Positions 12,621 through 25,284 of a DNA stretch of 51,819 nt are shown here, one piece after another. Each line of letters opens with the position of its first letter. Position 1 is the first letter of the stretch. The position numbers and the translations under genes were made by a program. The notes under the pieces are model-generated. The model searched no databases. It had not been told where the DNA came from and worked only from the letters and a program-made list of their open reading frames with translations. The stretch comes from Girardia tigrina. Its lineage: Eukaryota. The DNA is taken from positions 9,318-61,136 of the forward strand of contig MQRK01225151.1 in NCBI GenBank assembly GCA_001938485.1. The letters run 5' to 3'.

Positions 12621-13399
12621 GCCTAGCAATAGAATGTCCCCTGTGCCATTAACTGAAAACAGTGTTATTTGCTTAATGAGGTACATTTTGAGGATAAATC
12701 CATTTTTATCGATCATTATAATATTCTCTTTAGCCCTTCTTGTCGAATAAACATTCAATATTTTTCGACATTTAATAACTATAATTATCTTGTTATTATC
12801 CGTCAAAATGTAAGAATCCATCCAAGTTCTTGTTGAAGTAGCTAAACAGCTTAACTCGAAATTTTAACGAAACTTTGCAGTGCTCGGTTTTGGTCTTTAT
12901 GAAAATTCATTTCGTTCAAAAAGTGTTTGTTCTGCTTCCCAACTTTCGACAAGAAGTCAATGGATTTCAAAAGCTGAAAAGTCTTTTCGTGTTAATGATG
13001 CAATTAAAATGTGTATCACATTGCCTTCATGAAAAAATAAAATAAGCACCTCTAATCAATTTATTTAAATTTAAATCTTGAACATTTTAGCCTCGTTTAT
13101 GATCCACTTTAGAAAGTTTACCTAAGAAAGATTCTACAATGAAATTTTATTTTTAAACTTATACTGATTCGAGCAGAAAATTAAGATTGAGCGAACATTT
13201 TAACTGTTTAGAAATTTAATAATAATCAAATAAATAAAGTAAAAAAATAAATAATTTAAAATAAATTAGATAACTAAAAAAAAATTTAAATGAAAATTTA
13301 TAAAAATAACTACTACTCCGTAATTCCTACTCAGTATGAATAATTATATAATAATTATAGTTAAAAGAACTGTAGTCCTCGATTCAAAGTAACAAATTC

Positions 13400-13575
13400 A
13401 TAAAGTTCCGCAAAGAAGACTAATCGAATCAAGCATATTTCCGGCACTGTATTATGGGAGTCGGCGCTGGGCAACACGTGAAAACGACAGCGCCCGGCTA
13501 CAAGCTTTACATAATACCTGCACACGCACTGCTTTTGGTATAAATAAACTTGACAGAATACGTAATACGAATATG
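13400..13575 (+). mobile_element. RTE-like LINE reverse transcriptase C-terminal fragment
   Basis: IFPALYYGSRRWATRENDSARLQALHNTCTRTAFGINKLDRIRN matches the LLYGxExW...DRIxN motif of RTE-type LINEs. Confidence 0.65.
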
Positions 13576-16500
13576 TTAATTAGATTGTTCGAGGCTTGTG
13601 TAAAACGGGTTATTGTATTCTTTGAGTTCAATCAACGAAAAGTTGTATGCGAGGTAAAAAAATTATTAAACTCTGAAATGACCTCAGGAAATAGAAAAGT
13701 CTGCAGCCATAAAAAGAAGATGATGAAAGAGCGTATCTCCGGCAATATGTTCTGGTTATTTGGCGAAGAAAAAGTATTCAAAATGCTCCAGGCGCTTATC
13801 GAAAGAGTGCAATGCACGTAACCTTTTTTTGTGGAACAGAAGGAACTTAAAAGACATCAAAACTTGCATAAGGCAAGACGCTGCAGCGTCAGGATGGTGA
13901 TAATCATTTTTAATGTCACATGGAAAATTGTCACAATCTTTTTTAAAACTGATGGATAGTTAAAGCGACATTTATTGATCGAACACCGAAACCTAGGCAG
14001 TAACCGTAATACTAGTACTTCACAAAATAACTTAGATAAAGCTCGTACAGAATCTTTGAACTTGATCGCGATTATGATGTATCAGTGCCACTACACAGTA
14101 CCGCAAAGACGGACTCATAAGTGATTCAAAGGATGGTTCTCAACTAGCAGTTAAGTAATGCAAATGATGTGAGTATATTTTTGTGTCTCGTTACTCATTG
14201 TACGAAATGTGTTTATAGAACCAAAGCTCTACAGAATCACAGTACAAGTGATAGTACACTGAAAGCTCGCATTCTGGGATCTAAAGTCATACGAGAAAGT
14301 CAGTGAGCTTTGTATTTTTTATTTATGGTTTCTACCCTATACAGAGTCTATGACTCACTACCCTACACACCAATGCTGATACAGTAGTCTCTGACACTCA
14401 TTCGAATCAAATAAAGATATATATTTAAGAAAATGATGTGGATTAAATTTGAAAATATTTATGTGAATTTGTCACAATAAAATAATAATAAAAAAATAAA
14501 TCGCCTTTCTCGAGTTTTTAATTATCAAAAAAATTCAATCAATGCAAAAAACGTGGAAGAAAGTTCTTCGAATTTAAAAAAAATATGAATCAAAATGTTT
14601 TGAATTACTAATATATTTACTACAAATGAATAACAATCTAATAATGATATTTGCCTTACGTTATTACGAATATTTACTGTGTTTTGATTAAGATTTGCGT
14701 GATGATTTAAAATGAGAATCTAATAATAATTAATGTAATCATCACATGTAGTGCTTAGTTACCAAATATGATTATGTTATATTATTATCCACTGAGAAAA
14801 CGAGTGTGTGTGAAGAGTAACTAAATTACTATAACTTTGATTTGATCACTTACTCAAAAAATTTTTTCTTTAAGAATTTTAATTAAATTTCTTTCTATCT
14901 CGTGACTGTCCTCAGATTTATGAATTATATTTTTTAATGTTATTTATTAATTATTGTATTGCTTTCACATGGGAGACAAAATATTGTTTGATATTCCAGA
15001 AGAACTACAAGAATTTGTCTTGCCAAGTCTCTTTAAAGTATTTATTTGGTTTATTTACTTATCTTAAAATTTTCTTTGAAATTGTAGCAAATGTTTGATA
15101 CAATTGAAAGACTGTCTTTGAAAAAGAATAGTATTTTGTATATAAAGAATATATGGTTTATAAAATTTTCTGCAAAATTTAACCGATTTGTAAAAGTAAA
15201 TGTATTATAAATATAAAGTTCTTTTTAAATATCAAATATAAAAGTTAAGTTAATAATTTTACCAAGTAATATTGGCTCCACAAGTAAGGAAATATTTCGC
15301 TAGGTTTATATTCAAAAATTATTGTAGGACCCCTTCAATTTTCATTGAATAAAAAATTGATTGTGTATAATTTGATGTGCCTTTTTAATCGTTTAACTAC
15401 CACCTCATATATTTCTCATACAAATTCAAACTAATAGTGTAACAAATAATAATGGTTAAATAAAGACGAAAATTGGCAGAGAATATGTGACCGCCAAGAT
15501 CAAATTGTCCTTACTGCAGGGGTTTGTTATTTAGTATAGCAGAGATTTATCAATCTAAACTCTGCCCCGAGTTGATCACAATATGTGGAAATTTGAGGAT
15601 GCTTCATATGATGAGGGCGATGTATTCTACTGAAATGCAACCCGACTCTTGGTCGTAATTCTTCAAATCAGTTTTCAAGCCGCAGCTCCTGCTCTGGTTG
15701 ATGAATCAAACTACAAACTGTACACAACTAGCATCAACAACCATGATCAAAAATATATCGAAATCCATCAAAACTTAGAAGTCTTTTAATATAATATGTA
15801 TTAGTATGCTTCTGGATGCATATGATATATTTTTTCAGCAGTAAAATGAGTTTTTTATCTCTTCGCTAAATTAATTTCTTCAAATTCTTCAAATAATAAA
15901 AAGATCCTCTCTTTTTTATCCATTATATCGGTATCTTAGTTTCTATCTAAACAATAGATCATTACGTGTTCCCAGTTGTAATGATATATTATTTTGAATT
16001 GTAGGACAATTTAAATGTCCTCGTTTTGTCAAACATTTCGTTTTTAGTCTTGAAAATTTATTAAATTGAAGTTAAACATGTCTTCCTAATAAAAGTTTAT
16101 CCCTCATTTCTATCATAATTTGCATTTGGAAAAGCATGTATTTTCTTTGAAAGCCTTAATTGTAAAAAAGGTTAATTTTGTTTCTTGAAGAAATTGTTGT
16201 CCCTCTAGCTTTATTATTTGCTCAAAATTTACTCGTTTTTAAGGTTTAATGTCGTGTTTATATTACGTTTTATCGGTATAGTATACTAAATATCCCATTT
16301 ATCTTTTAGGAAAACCTTTCATTTAGAAATTTAATTTATAATTCTTGGTTTATCTGCAGTCAAGAGAAGACTTTTAAAATTTTTTTATATAAGCCTTTCA
16401 ACAAAATTATGTTTATAAGTCATACTTTGTAAAACTGCTCATTTTTGTTATATTTGTCTTCTTGAAAACAAATGATCTTTGAAATTTTATACCTTCATGA

Positions 16501-16719
16501 GTATTGAGTATTTTAACAAAAGACACCTTCCGTTTTTTAAATTTTTAAATCCCTGATATTTTTTTAACTAAGTAATTTTAAGCTTTACATTCAAAGTTTT
16601 ACGTCTAAAAAGCTTTCCTGATATTTACTTTCGTATGTGTATTTAATGAATTGGCCTTCCACATCTTTCAATGGTATTGAGCCTAAGACTCTTTAGAGGG
16701 TCCACCCAAACTAAAGTCC

Positions 16720-17130
16720 TTAAAGGCCCCCAAATATGCCTCCTACGAGGTCAGTGGCTTTCCGTCTCTGAGCAGTCTGCTTTCCAGTGACTAATGACCT
16801 ACCATGGAACTTGGTACCATGGTCATACATGCCTTTAGCTGTTACGATGGACTCGTAACAACCGCGAAATGGACACTGAAATTTTCCTTTTGCCTTCATG
16901 TCGGGTAATCGGTAGTCTCTGTGTGTTTGTCCAGCGTCTTGTTCCTTCTGGGTACCCAGCATACCCACAGTTTCTTCCTGAAACTGATGGTTCGAATGGA
17001 TTAATGTCGGCTCTTCCTCTTCCTCTCTTACCAAGTTGACGTCTCTCTGGGTGTTGGATTGCTCTGGTTCTTCTCAGTGATTCTTATGTAAGTGGCTTCG
17101 CATCATTGACGGTTATTGTGTTGGGTATTA
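16720..17130 (-). mobile_element. C2H2 zinc-finger fragment, probably the N-terminus of an R2-superfamily retrotransposon ORF
   Basis: FQCPFRGCYESIVTAKGMYDHGTKFH, plus an upstream half finger (MMRSHLHKNH) in the same frame across one stop. The segment is a GC-richer island. Confidence 0.55.
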
Positions 17131-18001
17131 AATTATCTTTAATTTAAATATTATTTTTTAAAACACAAATCTTTATTCTTTAAACTTTAATCTGAAATCT
17201 TTAATCTGAAATCTGACTCCAATTAATCAGAAAGGACTTCCAACATAAATATATAAATGAATGAACACAAAATTCTTTTTCCAAATACTATATTTTTCAA
17301 TAACACAAAATAGCACACAGCTTTATATTGTTTAATTCAATAGTATCAATTGACGTATTCACAAACGGGTATTCAAGTTTATCAGGTCACAGTTTGTTTA
17401 TTTTCAAACTCTAAATCTTCTAAACGAACGATAACCTTAAACAATTGAAAATTACAATAATCTATTTCTCCTATACAGGGTACTATCGATCAGAACTTTC
17501 AATAGAGGAATATTAATCAAATAAAAAAAATAAAAATTAACTTTACGATTCTTCCTTCTTGTAGTTTTAGATTAGAAATTTTTGGGAAAACTAAACTAAA
17601 TTTGCTGCTGTTTATATAGTGTTTTTCACCAGCCTTGAAAACTGATAAAATAAAACANNNNNNNNNNNNNNNNNNNNNNNNNNNNNNNNNNNNNNNNNNN
17701 NNNNNNNNNNNNNNNNNNNNNNNNNNNNNNNNNNNNNNNNNNNNNNNNNNNNNNNNNNNNNNNNNNNNNNNNNNNNNNNNNNNNNNNNNNNNNNNNNNNN
17801 NNNNNNNNNNNNNNNNNNNNNNNNNNNNNNNNNNNNNNNNNNNNNNNNNNNNNNNNNNNNNNNNNNNNNNNNNNNNNNNNNNNNNNNNNNNNNNNNNNNN
17901 NNNNNNNNNNNNNNNNNNNNNNNNNNNNNNNNNNNNNNNNNNNNNNNNNNNNNNNNNNNNNNNNNNNNNNNNNNNNNNNNNNNNNNNNNNNNNNNNNNNN
18001 N

Positions 18002-18128
18002 AAAAAAAAGCCTTAAATTGAGTATTGCGTAACAGTCTACCGCTATATAAAAGGGACAAATCTGAAATTTCAATTAGTCAACTGAAGATGCCAATATGGC
18101 TAAACTAGTATTGCAAAATAAAAATAAA
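18002..18128 (+). repeat. About 128-bp direct repeat, copy A (Penelope pLTR-like) with TATA-like box and minimal hammerhead
   Basis: Nearly identical to 20625-20754. Contains tatataaaaggg and caa CTGAAGA t gcca ata tggc TAAA ctag TA ttg (18079-18113; GAAA changed to TAAA). Confidence 0.85.
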
Positions 18129-18153
18129 TGTTTGGAAAAATGGCTATTTTTTG

Positions 18154-18189
<36 letters not shown>

Positions 18190-18394
18190 CTATATTTCAA
18201 AATCGTTTATTGACCTTAGGATGAGGATAACACTTTCATTAAAGTTTCAAATTTCAATTCTTTTTCTACCTTCTTTTACTTATGTAAATTAATTTTTTTA
18301 ATTATATTTACTGAAAGCGTTAAATAGACAGAGGCCACTGTAAATATTATCCACAAATAAGAACATTGAAAATTGATGAGGAAATTTATATAAA

Positions 18395-18414
18395 TTTATT
18401 TCTATTTGCTGCAC
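18395..18414 (+). promoter_or_regulatory. Conserved upstream motif of the receptor genes (TTTRTTTYYATTTGYTG)
   Basis: Also present at 24222-24241 (+), 36082-36099 (-), 43275-43292 (-), 27488-27507 (+) and weakly at 1346-1364. It lies 83-128 nt upstream of the ATG in four genes. Confidence 0.6.
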
Positions 18415-18519
18415 GTTTCTTAAATAAAACAATTTTGAAGATAACTTTTTATTAAAGAAAACTTTTTTTGCATAAAAAGCGAAAGATTTTAAATTAAAAT
18501 TTTATAAAAGAGAAGAAGA

Positions 18520-19495
18520 ATGAATGAAACAGATTCTATGATTGCCGAAACTAATTCTTTCGATGTAAGATGATAACTTTTATATTTTTTAATGAATTTT
18601 TTTATAATTTTAGATCGAATATTATTTGCGCATAATTTATATTTTTCGAGTTTTTTATTTAATTATTGTTATTTTTGGATTTATCGGAAATATCGCCATC
18701 GTTATTTTTCTGAGACTTGAAACAAACCTCAGAACCTTTACCAAATGTCTTCATTACGAATTGGTACTATGGGACACTGTTTTACTCTCTGTATTTTCTG
18801 TATTTCTTTTATTTACATTATTTTATTTTACTGATGTTAGAGAAAATCCTTTTATTAAAGTAACGATAAGTTATTTAGGCGATGTCTCACAGAATTGCTC
18901 TAATTGGACCTTGTGCGCCCTGTCTCTTGAAAGAATGTGTCTTGTTGTCTTTCCAACAAAACCCTTTCTTAAACGACTTTCCTTCAAACATTCCGTTATT
19001 CTAACTTTTTTATTTATTACTTTTGGCAGTACTTTGAATAGTCTCGTATATATCCGTGGTGATACCGGTTCTAAAATAATAACTTTCACGTTCTTTGTAT
19101 TTAACATTCTAATTCCCCTCATTATTCTTTTGTCTTCGAATCTCATTACTCTGTTAAAAATAAAGCAAAGTTTCCAAAGAAGTGAGTCTTCGGCTAACAC
19201 AAAACAACAATTTTCCATACTGTTTTCGATAAAACTAATTACAATTTTTTCTATGTTCTGTATTCTTATTATGATTCCTCTCGGTATAATTCTGATCCTA
19301 GAAAGAACATCCCCCCAAATATTTCCCAATGATTATACAAGAATAACAATTTACTTTATAACCTTGATTCTGACAATGGTGAACTGTTCGAACAAGTTTT
19401 ATCTCTACTTTATAGTTAATGAACAATTGCGAAAGAATCTTAGAAATCATTTGAAAAAAACTTTTGAAAAATGTATACAAATTTGTAAAAAATAG
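18520..19495 (+). CDS. Orphan class A 7TM GPCR, paralog 2 (exons 18520-18564 and 18614-19495; about 308 aa)
   Basis: Motifs GN, LWD, CSNW..LSLERM, LIPL, LMIP and NCSNKFYLY. Exon 1 is MNETDSMIAETNSFD; the 49-nt GT..AG intron at 18565-18613 splices in frame. Confidence 0.92.
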
Positions 19496-19830
19496 GATTC
19501 CTACAAACTGTCATTTAATAACAATTATAAATTGGTTAAGGGAATAAAATTACTAATATTATTTATATTTTTATAATTGAAGTAAAGAAATTGTACTTAT
19601 GATTTTTATTTTTTTCTCATTTTTAAACTTGTTGTATCTTATTCATTCATGAAGAATAATAATAATGTTTTATAATATTTTGCTTCATTTGATGTCACAT
19701 ATGTCAAATAATTTGGAAATAATCTTTGAAAGATCAAAGACAAAATCCAGATTCAATGTCGATAATATTAGAATTGACCTGTTGTTCTGCGAAGTATTTG
19801 AAGTTGAATAATTTCACACACACCCACACG

Positions 19831-19881
<51 letters not shown>

Positions 19882-19931
19882 NNNNNNNNNNNNNNNNNNN
19901 NNNNNNNNNNNNNNNNNNNNNNNNNNNNNNN

Positions 19932-19980
<49 letters not shown>

Positions 19981-20390
19981 GTCCTTAGTTATATTTGTTT
20001 CCACTTGAAAATTAAAATGTATTTCTACTACAAATCCAATACACATACTTTTCGCAGAATATTGAAAGAAGAACTGTTTTAATTTTAGACGCAATTCACA
20101 CTATTTCCTATAGATGAGCGGGCGAAGCGGGGCTGCAGTACTATGATGCAGGGGGTTGATCCACGGGTAGTGGGGAAGAAATTATTTTGAAATCAACCTT
20201 GAAAGGAATATTGAAATGAACTCATGTATTACATTAATGACAACATATGACACCTACTTTAAAATAAAAATATTCATCAAGAATTTTTATAAGCTAAAGG
20301 CTTAATTTCTATCTCCAACTAAATTTTACTTGAGAACGCAAGTTTAGTATTTCTAAAATATAATTTGATTAAAGCTTTTTTTATATAATT

Positions 20391-20431
20391 ATTGGACATG
20401 TTTCGATGTTTATATAATCATCATCAGCAAT
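20391..20431 (-). ncRNA. Minimal type I hammerhead ribozyme (Penelope-type)
   Basis: Minus strand reads attg CTGATGA t gat-tatataaac-atc GAAA catg TC caat. The core is intact, stem I is attg/caat, a palindromic CATG loop replaces stem III, and the cleavage site is GUC. Confidence 0.7.
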
Positions 20432-20486
20432 TTTCGGATATTTAGTAAATGAATATTGAATTGTTTGAATTATACAATTTTAATAC

Positions 20487-20524
<38 letters not shown>

Positions 20525-20624
20525 ATAAATTCCTTCATATAGGAGAGCGGACGAAGCGTTGCTGCAGTAGCAGTTTCCAGTACCAATCAAACTGGAAAAA
20601 ACTATCAATAAAAAAATTCAAATT

Positions 20625-20754
20625 AAAAAAAGCCTTAAATTGAGTATTGTGTAACAGTCTACCGCTATATAAAAGGGACTTAAATCTGAAATTTCAATTA
20701 GTCAACTGAAAGATGCCAATATGGCGAAACTAGTATTGCAAAATAAAAATAAAT
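20625..20754 (+). repeat. About 130-bp direct repeat, copy B with minimal hammerhead
   Basis: Contains caa CTGAAAGA t gcca ata tggc GAAA ctag TA ttg (20703-20738; one extra A in the CUGANGA box). Differs from copy A by 2 substitutions and 2 small indels. Confidence 0.85.
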
Positions 20755-20859
20755 ATAAAAAAATATAAATAAAGTTATAAATATAAAAAAAATATATAAA
20801 TAAAGTTATAAAGCGGCAAGAGCAAAATAAAAGACTAAAAGACTTCGTAAAATGATATA

Positions 20860-23110
20860 AGGATACTTTCATGAAACATGAATACGATTTTGAATTTGCG
20901 GATATTATTGTTCATAAAATTGAAAATGAAGATAAACCGATTTTTCTATATCCAAGAAGCGACGTGCGGTGTGTACAAATGGCAGGGATGTAAGCAGTTC
21001 AATCTAGTGACTTGTGCTTACTAGGAATTCCTTGATTAAGTGGGGTAATCTCAATCCAATATTCCTGACACGACAATGATTCAGCGGGTTACCTATCGAT
21101 TTTTGCTAGGAATAAATTCGCTGGTGCTACCATTTTGATCACTTCTTAAGTCAAATAGAAGGATTTATGAAAGAATTAAAAAAGACAAGAATAATTCGGA
21201 ATAGTAAAAGTGAAATGAACTCCCCACTATTTATTACGTCAAAGAAAGACTGAGGTATTGGAATTTAATTAGATTCTAGGATATTGGATAACGTATCAAT
21301 GAAAGTTTCTTTCATAATGCCAGACAGTCATATGTTAATGGATGTCCTTGGAGGCTGCAATTTTTTTTCAAATTTGGATGTAGGCTAAGCATACTATCAA
21401 GTAGTATTGGATGAAAGTTCTGAAGAAAAAACCGCATTTTGTACAGGAACACAGTACTTTTGTTTTAACCGTCTACCGTTTGAACTTTCAACAGCATCCG
21501 GAATATTTCAGAGAATAATGAATTCATCTAAGATATTTACGGATCATTTGAATCGACAGAAGCACATAAAGTCATAAATCAGAATATGAAGAAGTTGTTA
21601 TCGCTTATGCATCGAAGACTTTTACCAAACATGATAAAGGGTGCTATGTGACTAAAAAGGAATGTTTAGCTTTACAATATTTCATGTTATACTTAGCAGT
21701 TTTTATATCGCAAGTGATTTACTGCAAGAACTGATCATAAATCACTGAGATATATGAAGAGTACTTTCAAACCAATAATTCATCAATTTAAAACATGGTT
21801 AGCAAACATGGCGGTTTTAGAATTTGAATTGAAATATCGAAAAGGTGACGTTCATGGAAATGCTTATGGATTTTCATATGAAAAAATTCTGTACACAATG
21901 TGAAAGAAAACACGAAGAACCAAAATTAACAAAAGCAAGGTGAAACAAATCAATGCAATGTGATTCCGTCTACAATTATATGGATAAAAGATGAACAAGG
22001 AAAGTGCTTAGAAATGAACCAGTTTAAACAAATGCAGGAGAAAACAGATGGTGAATCCAATGAAATAACCTGAGTTATTACAACTAAAGGAACAATTAGA
22101 CTATCAAAATAGGTTATGAGATAGGCAAGAAGGAAATTTTGCGTTACCATTGAATCTGAAGCAAATTAGAAGAGATTTTCTAAGGAAAATACATAGAGAT
22201 TTATATCATGTAGGTATCAAAATGACAAAAAATATATCCAAAATCATTTTATACAACCAAATTTTGCACAAAAGAGGTGCAAATTCTTATTGGAGAAAGA
22301 TTCCAAGCAAAAAAACAAAAGATAAGCTGATTCCAATAAAAAGTGACGAGGTTTTAGAGCATGTCGTGATGGGCATTGCATATAGTGTTGACTAGAATAA
22401 CATCTACCCATATTTATTGGTCATGGAGGACCAGTTTTCGAAATTAGTATTTTTGACAGAAATTAGAGCTGAAAACAAATATACCATAGTGCAATGCGCG
22501 TTGATCAAATTCATATATAGACATGGAAAGCCAAAAACAATATTAACAGATAATGGGAAATAATTTACTGACAGAAAATTTTAGAATTTTGCAGAAGATA
22601 CGGAATCAAACAAAGATTTAGTAGTCAATCTAAACATCAATTAAAAGGGCTTGCAGAAAGTACCATTCAAACATTAAGATATATTAACAAGCAGATCAAA
22701 TCACAGACAAACGATCATGGTGGCGAATTGCTCTGAAGATAGAATTCTGTCTAAATGCAACACTTTAGAGTTCGACAAAATATTCGCCGTCGAAGTTGTG
22801 TTTGATAAAAAAATAAACTTACATGCGGCAGCAGGAATAGATAAAACTGAAAAGAAAGAGGATCAAGAGAAAATTTAGAGAAACCGGCAAGACGAATGGA
22901 AAATTAAAAGAGAGAAAAAAGAACTAATTTACATTTCGAGGACGGTCATAAAGTCTTGGTAAAAAATATCCTACAAAACAGAGAAAAAACACATTCCAAT
23001 TCGATGGGTCACATCAGATTACTAGGCATATATCGTCACACCAATTGGAACTACAAAATATTAAAGATGGCAGCATAATTCATCGAAGAATTGACTGAAT
23101 TAAGAAAGTT
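20860..23110 (+). mobile_element. Degraded Ty3/Gypsy pol (RT-RNase H-integrase)
   Basis: NSPLFITSKKD, FFSNLDVG*AYYQV, KTAFCT..FNRLPFELSTASGIFQRIMN, VIAYASKT, TDHKSL, DQFSKL and GKPKTILTDNG, with many stops and frameshifts. Confidence 0.88.
20958..21134 (-). rRNA. 18S rRNA gene fragment (pseudogenic; 3' part including the universal 1391 site)
   Basis: Plus strand gcgacgtgcggtgtgtacaaatggcagggatgtaa..gacttgtgcttactaggaattcct is the reverse complement of the conserved 18S stretch AGGAATTCCTAGTAAG...TCCCTGCCCTTTGTACACACCGCCCGTCGC, with scattered substitutions. Confidence 0.9.
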
Positions 23111-23124
23111 AAAAAGAATTATTA

Positions 23125-23990
23125 ATAGGTTGATCGAAAAATAATGGCGGTTTTGGGACACAAACTTCAAAGACGTGCAAATTCACAGAAACAAAGGTTT
23201 AATAATCAAAGTATAAACCGTTGATATCAATACATTTTTGCCAACGAGAAACAAGTTGTTTTATTCCATCAGCATAAAATGCATCGGTTCTCGAAGCGAC
23301 GAATTCTTGGATGGCATTTTAAGCATCATTTTGGTTTTTGAAAGTTTTTTCACGTAGGAAGTTGTACAAATGCCTGAAAAAGTAGAAGTCCGTTGGCGAG
23401 AGGTCTGGTGAATATGGTGAATGAAGCAGGGTTTCATAGCTCAACTCATTAAGTTTTTGAAGAGTCACTTTTGAAATATGAGGTCTAGCGTTATCATGAA
23501 GAAGGATGGGACTTTTTCGATTGACCAATCCCGGATAAAGAGTTTTCAATTTTTTATGCATTTCATCAATTTCATGACAGTACCTCTCCGCTGTGATTGT
23601 TTTACCTGAATTCAAGAAACTATAGTGGATGATTCTAGCATCACACCACCAAACTCTCACCATAACCTACGGGGTGTTAGTTTCGGTTTTGGAAAGTGTT
23701 TCGGTACTTCATCTTTGTCCAATCACTGTGCATATCGACGTCGTTTATCATACAGGAGCCATTTCTCATCACAGGTAACAATACAATCAAGAAATGGATC
23801 GTTTTTATTGCGAAGATGATTGGCAGAACAAATTTCATAGCGTCGGTTCTTTTGATTTTCATTCAAATCATGTGGAACCCATTTATCAAGTTTCTTGATT
23901 TTTCCAAGTTGTTTTAAATGATCCAGGACTGTTGAATGACTAATGCCCAACCCATCTGCAAGTTATTTGATTGTTCTACGGGGATCTGTT
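23125..23990 (-). mobile_element. 5'-truncated mariner (DD34D) element
   Basis: TIR-like taggttgatcgaaaaataatggcggtttt; motifs KWVPHDL, VTCDEKW, HDNARPH and YSPDLSPTD; frameshifted. Confidence 0.92.
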
Positions 23991-24349
23991 TTCTAAAGTC
24001 TAAAAACTTTATGAACGGCCAAGTTCATTAAATTGATGTCTTTGGCCAACACAACATTTTCATCACTTTGTTAATAATTACATTGAAAAATAAATCTAAT
24101 AAATAAATTTTAATAAACACATTAATTTTGATGATAAATATAAATAAATCAGTGTTACGAAGAAAGAATCAACAAATAAAACCACTGAAAATTTATATGG
24201 AGATTGTTCATGATAAAATAATTTGTTTCTATTTGTTGCACATCAATTAATTAAAACAAACATTAAATACGAATTATGTTAACAGAAAATGTTTTTTTCC
24301 AGAAAAAAACTGAATAAAATATTTTTCTGTTGTCAAAACTAAAGCAACT

Positions 24350-25284
24350 ATGACTAACCAAACCTTTGTCTCTGACGTAACCTTTTTTTATATTTTATGG
24401 ATAATATTTTTACCCTTTAGGATGAACGATTCATGAAAGTCATTTTGGCATTTCAGAATTTGTTATTATTTATTATAATATTTGGGTATTTGGGGAATAT
24501 TCTCATTATTATTTATCTTAAAATGGATAAAATTCTCAGAAATTTCACAAAATGCCTCCATTATCAATTGGCAGTTCTGGATAATATCCTCCTATCCGCC
24601 TATGCAGTTTATTACTTTATTCTCTTCCTCGATTATGTAGATCATTCCATGACATATATTATTAATCATTTTGCTTATGTATCCAACATGTGCTCCACCT
24701 GGACCTTATGCGCCTTGTCTCTTGAAAGAATGTTTCTTGTCGTATGGCCAAGAAAACCGATCTTTCAAAAGGTTTCCTGCAAACATTCATTTATCCTTCT
24801 CATTATATTTATTTGTTTGAGTTGCACTTTGAACATTTACACTTATTTTGATAGTTTGCAGAGTAAAAAAATAGGCATCTACATTTTCTTTGCATTCAAC
24901 ATAATATTTCCATTTATTATTATTTCTTCTTCAAATATAATTACTCTTTTACTAATAAAATCCCGTTTACTCCGAACTCAAAGTTTGTCAATGCGTCATC
25001 AGTCAATGCTTTTTTCCATAAGACTAGTTTTTATTTTTTCTTTATGTTTTATTTTTCTTATGATTCCTGTTGGGGTAATTGTAATTATCATGACCTTTTT
25101 TCCGGAGGTACTGCCTAAATCTAATAAAACACGATACATATATTTCAGTACTTCCTGTCTATTGATGTTAAACAGTGCGGTCAAGTTCTACGTCTACGTC
25201 GCCGTCAATAACCAGTTCAGAAAGACTATTAAAAAGTCTTTACAAAATTTATTTCAAACATTTATCACAATTTTTCGCAATTAA
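24350..25284 (+). CDS. Orphan class A 7TM GPCR, paralog 3 (exons 24350-24376 and 24421-25284; about 296 aa)
   Basis: Motifs GN, LAVLD, CSTW..LSLERM, IFPF, LMIP and NSAVKFYVY. Exon 1 is MTNQTFVSD; the 44-nt GT..AG intron at 24377-24420 splices in frame. Confidence 0.92.

Noticed and set aside
17517-18073. Long ORFs spanning N runs (also 19726-20094, 32442-32909 and 36640-36829)
   Set aside because: These are artefacts of assembly gaps and (TA)n repeats.
20113-20570. Two short gagcgg.cgaagcg..gctgcagta motifs (about 20115 and 20545), Helitron-end-like
   Set aside because: Only about 25 bp, with no CTRR terminus or other element evidence.
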